Assembly: GCA_964016885.1 (NCBI GenBank)
Contig: OZ024742.1
Span: 53,196,001 to 53,260,000, forward strand
Direction of reading: 5' to 3'
DNA from: Eledone cirrhosa
Lineage: Eukaryota
DNA: 64,000 nt
Part shown: piece after piece, positions 60,951 to 64,000 of the stretch
How the letters are laid out: the number at the start of each line of letters is the position of its first letter
Position numbering within the stretch: position 1 is the first letter of the stretch
Made by a program: the position numbers and the translations under genes
Notes under the pieces: generated by a model
Told to the model about the DNA's origin: nothing
Seen by the model: the letters and a program-made list of their open reading frames with translations, nothing else
Database searches by the model: none

Positions 60951-62679
60951 TAGGGTTGATGGCAGTAAATCAATGGGACCTATATATACTCCATTAGTGT
61001 CAAATATTATATAAGTTAGAATGTCACTTTTGACAGCAGAAATGTCAATGTGTTTGTATATTGTTTTGACTTGTCATGTTCTGTGGACAAAAAATACCAT
61101 TTCATTTACCAATTATTGATCTCAACATTTTGGTTCAAATATAAAGAGTAAAAAGCAAAGTTTTTAGATAAGAGATTTATCCATGTTTTCACCTATCATT
61201 TTGCAAGAAAAAAAAAACACCCAGTCCACCCTGTACAGTGATTGTGTTGGTAACATGAGAAAAAGAAGCCAGTCCTCCCTGTTAGAGGGTTGTTTTGGAG
61301 CCATGATAAAAAGCACCCAGCCTATACTATAACATAGATGGTGTTAGAAAGGCATCCAGTTGTAGAAAGCAAGACAAAATACAAATCCTTATGGGCAAGT
61401 TGACCCACCTGCCTATTAACACAGTGTGCACCACCTTCACCTCCACCTCTACCCCTTTCCATAGATCTCCCATGAACACAGGCTGATGCATATATCTAGA
61501 ATGCACTGCCTTCACCTCCACCCCCATTCCATTTACCTCCCATGTCATCACACATGCTCAAATACTCACCTCTCCAATCCCCACGCACCTCTCCCACCAA
61601 AATCCCCATCCCATACTGTAAAGTAGTCGTGATGGTGACCTGACAAAAAGCACCCATCCCACACTGTAAAGTGGTCATGTAGGTGTCATAACAAAACCAT
61701 CTAGCCCACACTGTAAAGTGGTCATGTAGGTGTCACGGCAAAAAGCACCCAGCTGTCTTGGTTATTAAGAGTGTTTAGAAAATAACTTAACAAATGCTCT
61801 TACATAAAATTATAATGGAAAGATTTTAGATAAATATACACTCTTGGTAGTAGGAAGATAACTTCACAAAGGTTCTTACATAAAATTATGATGGAAGATT
61901 TTTAGATAAATATACATAGTTTAAACTAAACATTTATCTATTGTAGAATCAGAGGTAGCTACAGGTAGTTTAGTAACAAAAGGGTTAATATATGTATTTT
62001 TTACAAAGTATACTCATAACTGAATGCAATTTTTGATTTGTTATCCTTCTGTGTACAACATTGTGGTGATATTATCCAAGCTGTGAAAGTTGTATTATTG
62101 ACTAATTTCAGCAATTAACTTGAGTGAAATATCTTTATTTATAAGAGCTTTTAAAAACATATAATTAAGCATAATTGAAATCCAAAGATAACGAAGCTGA
62201 CAAAATTTATTGTTCATCGCGTGTTGTGATCAATCGAAAAGAAATGCATAGATCAATTTCTATTATAGATTATATTTTATTTCTCTATTGAACTGAATTA
62301 TTTAGGTATGTGTGTGATAGGTAATCTTAGTTTACTAAGATTACCTATATATATATATATATATCTGATGTACAGCTAGCAGAACCTATGGAAATGTCAT
62401 GTAATATAATTCTTCTTATTTTGATGTGTGAGGGAGGGCATCCAGCTATAGAAATCAAATCAAAAACAGCACACAAGCAGGGCATGATCACTTGACCAGT
62501 CTAGCCTCTGTGACAACATGTACAGCCATTGTAAGTATGGAAAGTAAATGTTAAACAGTGATGATGAGGATGATGGGGATGAATATTGATGATGATGGTG
62601 GTGATGTTGGGTATGGTGATGATGATGCATAAATTTACAGATCTTCATAAGATCATTTCATTACATTAATATATTAGCG

Positions 62680-62864
62680 GGCGGTGGATTGGCAGTATTG
62701 GTAGAGGGTCGGACACCATGCTTTGCAGCACAGTTACGTCCCTTTACGGACTGAGTTCAAATCCCGCCGAGGTTAACTTTGCCTTTCATCCTTATGGGGT
62801 CGATAAAATAAAGTACCAGTAATACACTGGGATAATTGCTGGCCTTGTGCCAAAAGTAGAAACA
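62680..62864 (+). mobile_element. Young tRNA-derived SINE with 15-bp TSD
   Basis: ATTAATATATTAGCG at 62665-62679 and 62865-62879. Confidence 0.9.
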
Positions 62865-63369
62865 ATTAATATATTAGCGTGACTTCAATTTCATTCTATA
62901 GTTAATATTGTTTATAGCATAACACTTAAACTTGTTTCAGTATGTTGAGGATTTTTTGTATTCCATTGTGTTCCACAGTTAATATTGTTTAAAGCATAAC
63001 AATTGCTCTCGTTTTGTTATATTAACCCTTTTATTGTCATATTTCTAATGAAATACACTGCTTCATTTTGTAACTAATTTATATATATATATAATTATAT
63101 ATAAACGGAAAAAATGAAACGAAATTTCATTTCTCACTCTTAGTACGGCTGTTACTTAAATATAAGTATGTATACGTACATACATATATGTATACAGACG
63201 TACAGTAGTATGTATATATATATACATACATGCACACATATATATATGTACGTATGGATTCACCGAACATTTATTATAATGCTCGGTGTGTTTGTAAACA
63301 AACATCCCGAATTAAGCCGTACAATGTCTAGCAACCATCGTTGCTCATTTGTTCAACACTGACAAAAGA

Positions 63370-63412
63370 ACGCTGTACTAGTTTCAAACTTATTAGCTAT
63401 CGTCAGCAATGT
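63370..63412 (-). ncRNA. Minimal hammerhead ribozyme inside an inverted-repeat element (63101-63669)
   Basis: ACATTG-CTGACGA-TAGCT-AATA-AGTTT-GAAA-CTAG-TA-CAGCGT; palindromic stem III ACTAGT. Confidence 0.55.
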
Positions 63413-63789
63413 ATACCTTCCTGCCAGATGGTTGAGCGTCTGAAAGTATACACTTTCCTTATGCATATTAACGGCTGAGCAGCCTAATTTGCATATCGAG
63501 TGAGTTAATCGGCCGGGGTACCGAAAACGATAAACGGAAAAAATGAAACATTATAATAAATGTTCGGTGAATCCGTACGTACATGTATATATGTGTGCAT
63601 GTATGTATATATATACATACTACTGTACGTCTGTATACATATATGTATGTACGTATACATACTTATATATATATAATTATATATATATATGTGTATGTAT
63701 ATATCAGAAGGGGAAAATAAGCGAGTTATATACAAGAAGGGAAATAAATAATTTTCTATATATATAATAAACGCAACGACAAAGATCTG

Positions 63790-63958
63790 GTCCGAACGTG
63801 GAAGAGCCGAACTCCCACTGTCATCGCCTCCATATCTCTCGCCCTTCCCATCTCTCTGTATGGTGAGGAAATGGGGTCCCACATGCTGGCCTCCCCACAG
63901 CCCCGGTGGACAGAATGGAGAAGGCGCTTCCCCGGAGGATGGTAAGGGAGATGCGCTG

Positions 63959-63959
<1 letters not shown>
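63790..63959 (-). mobile_element. CRE-like RLE element 3' terminus
   Basis: Minus strand reads QRISLTILRGSAFSIL, matching the QR.S.A..RGNA terminal motif of the other copies. Confidence 0.5.

Positions 63960-64000
<41 letters not shown>

Overview
AT-rich, microsatellite-dense eukaryotic genomic DNA. The SINE/LINE repertoire resembles octopod cephalopods; this is an inference from recalled repeat families, not a database match. Only one host gene is recognisable: the first two coding exons of a glyoxylate/hydroxypyruvate reductase-like (GRHPR-like) D-2-hydroxyacid dehydrogenase on the minus strand (5355-5550, 2007-2177), which runs off the left edge. The rest is transposon-derived: a near-full-length Tx1/L1-clade LINE plus three fragments, several RTE-type LINEs, CRE-like and R4-like RLE retroelement remnants, about 16 copies of a tRNA-derived SINE, Helitron, pogo, hAT and piggyBac-type MITEs, and two Penelope-like GIY-YIG endonuclease fragments. 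The most striking signal is not in the ORF track. At least a dozen type I hammerhead ribozyme (HHR) folds from several short non-coding element families sit in (TA)n tracts, and most form fold-back palindromes. Some fold-back points coincide with ribozyme landmarks (stem II hairpin, cleavage site), one hairpin loop occurs in flip and flop orientations, and one double-HHR palindrome lies in an intron of the host gene. All folds and alignments were done by eye.
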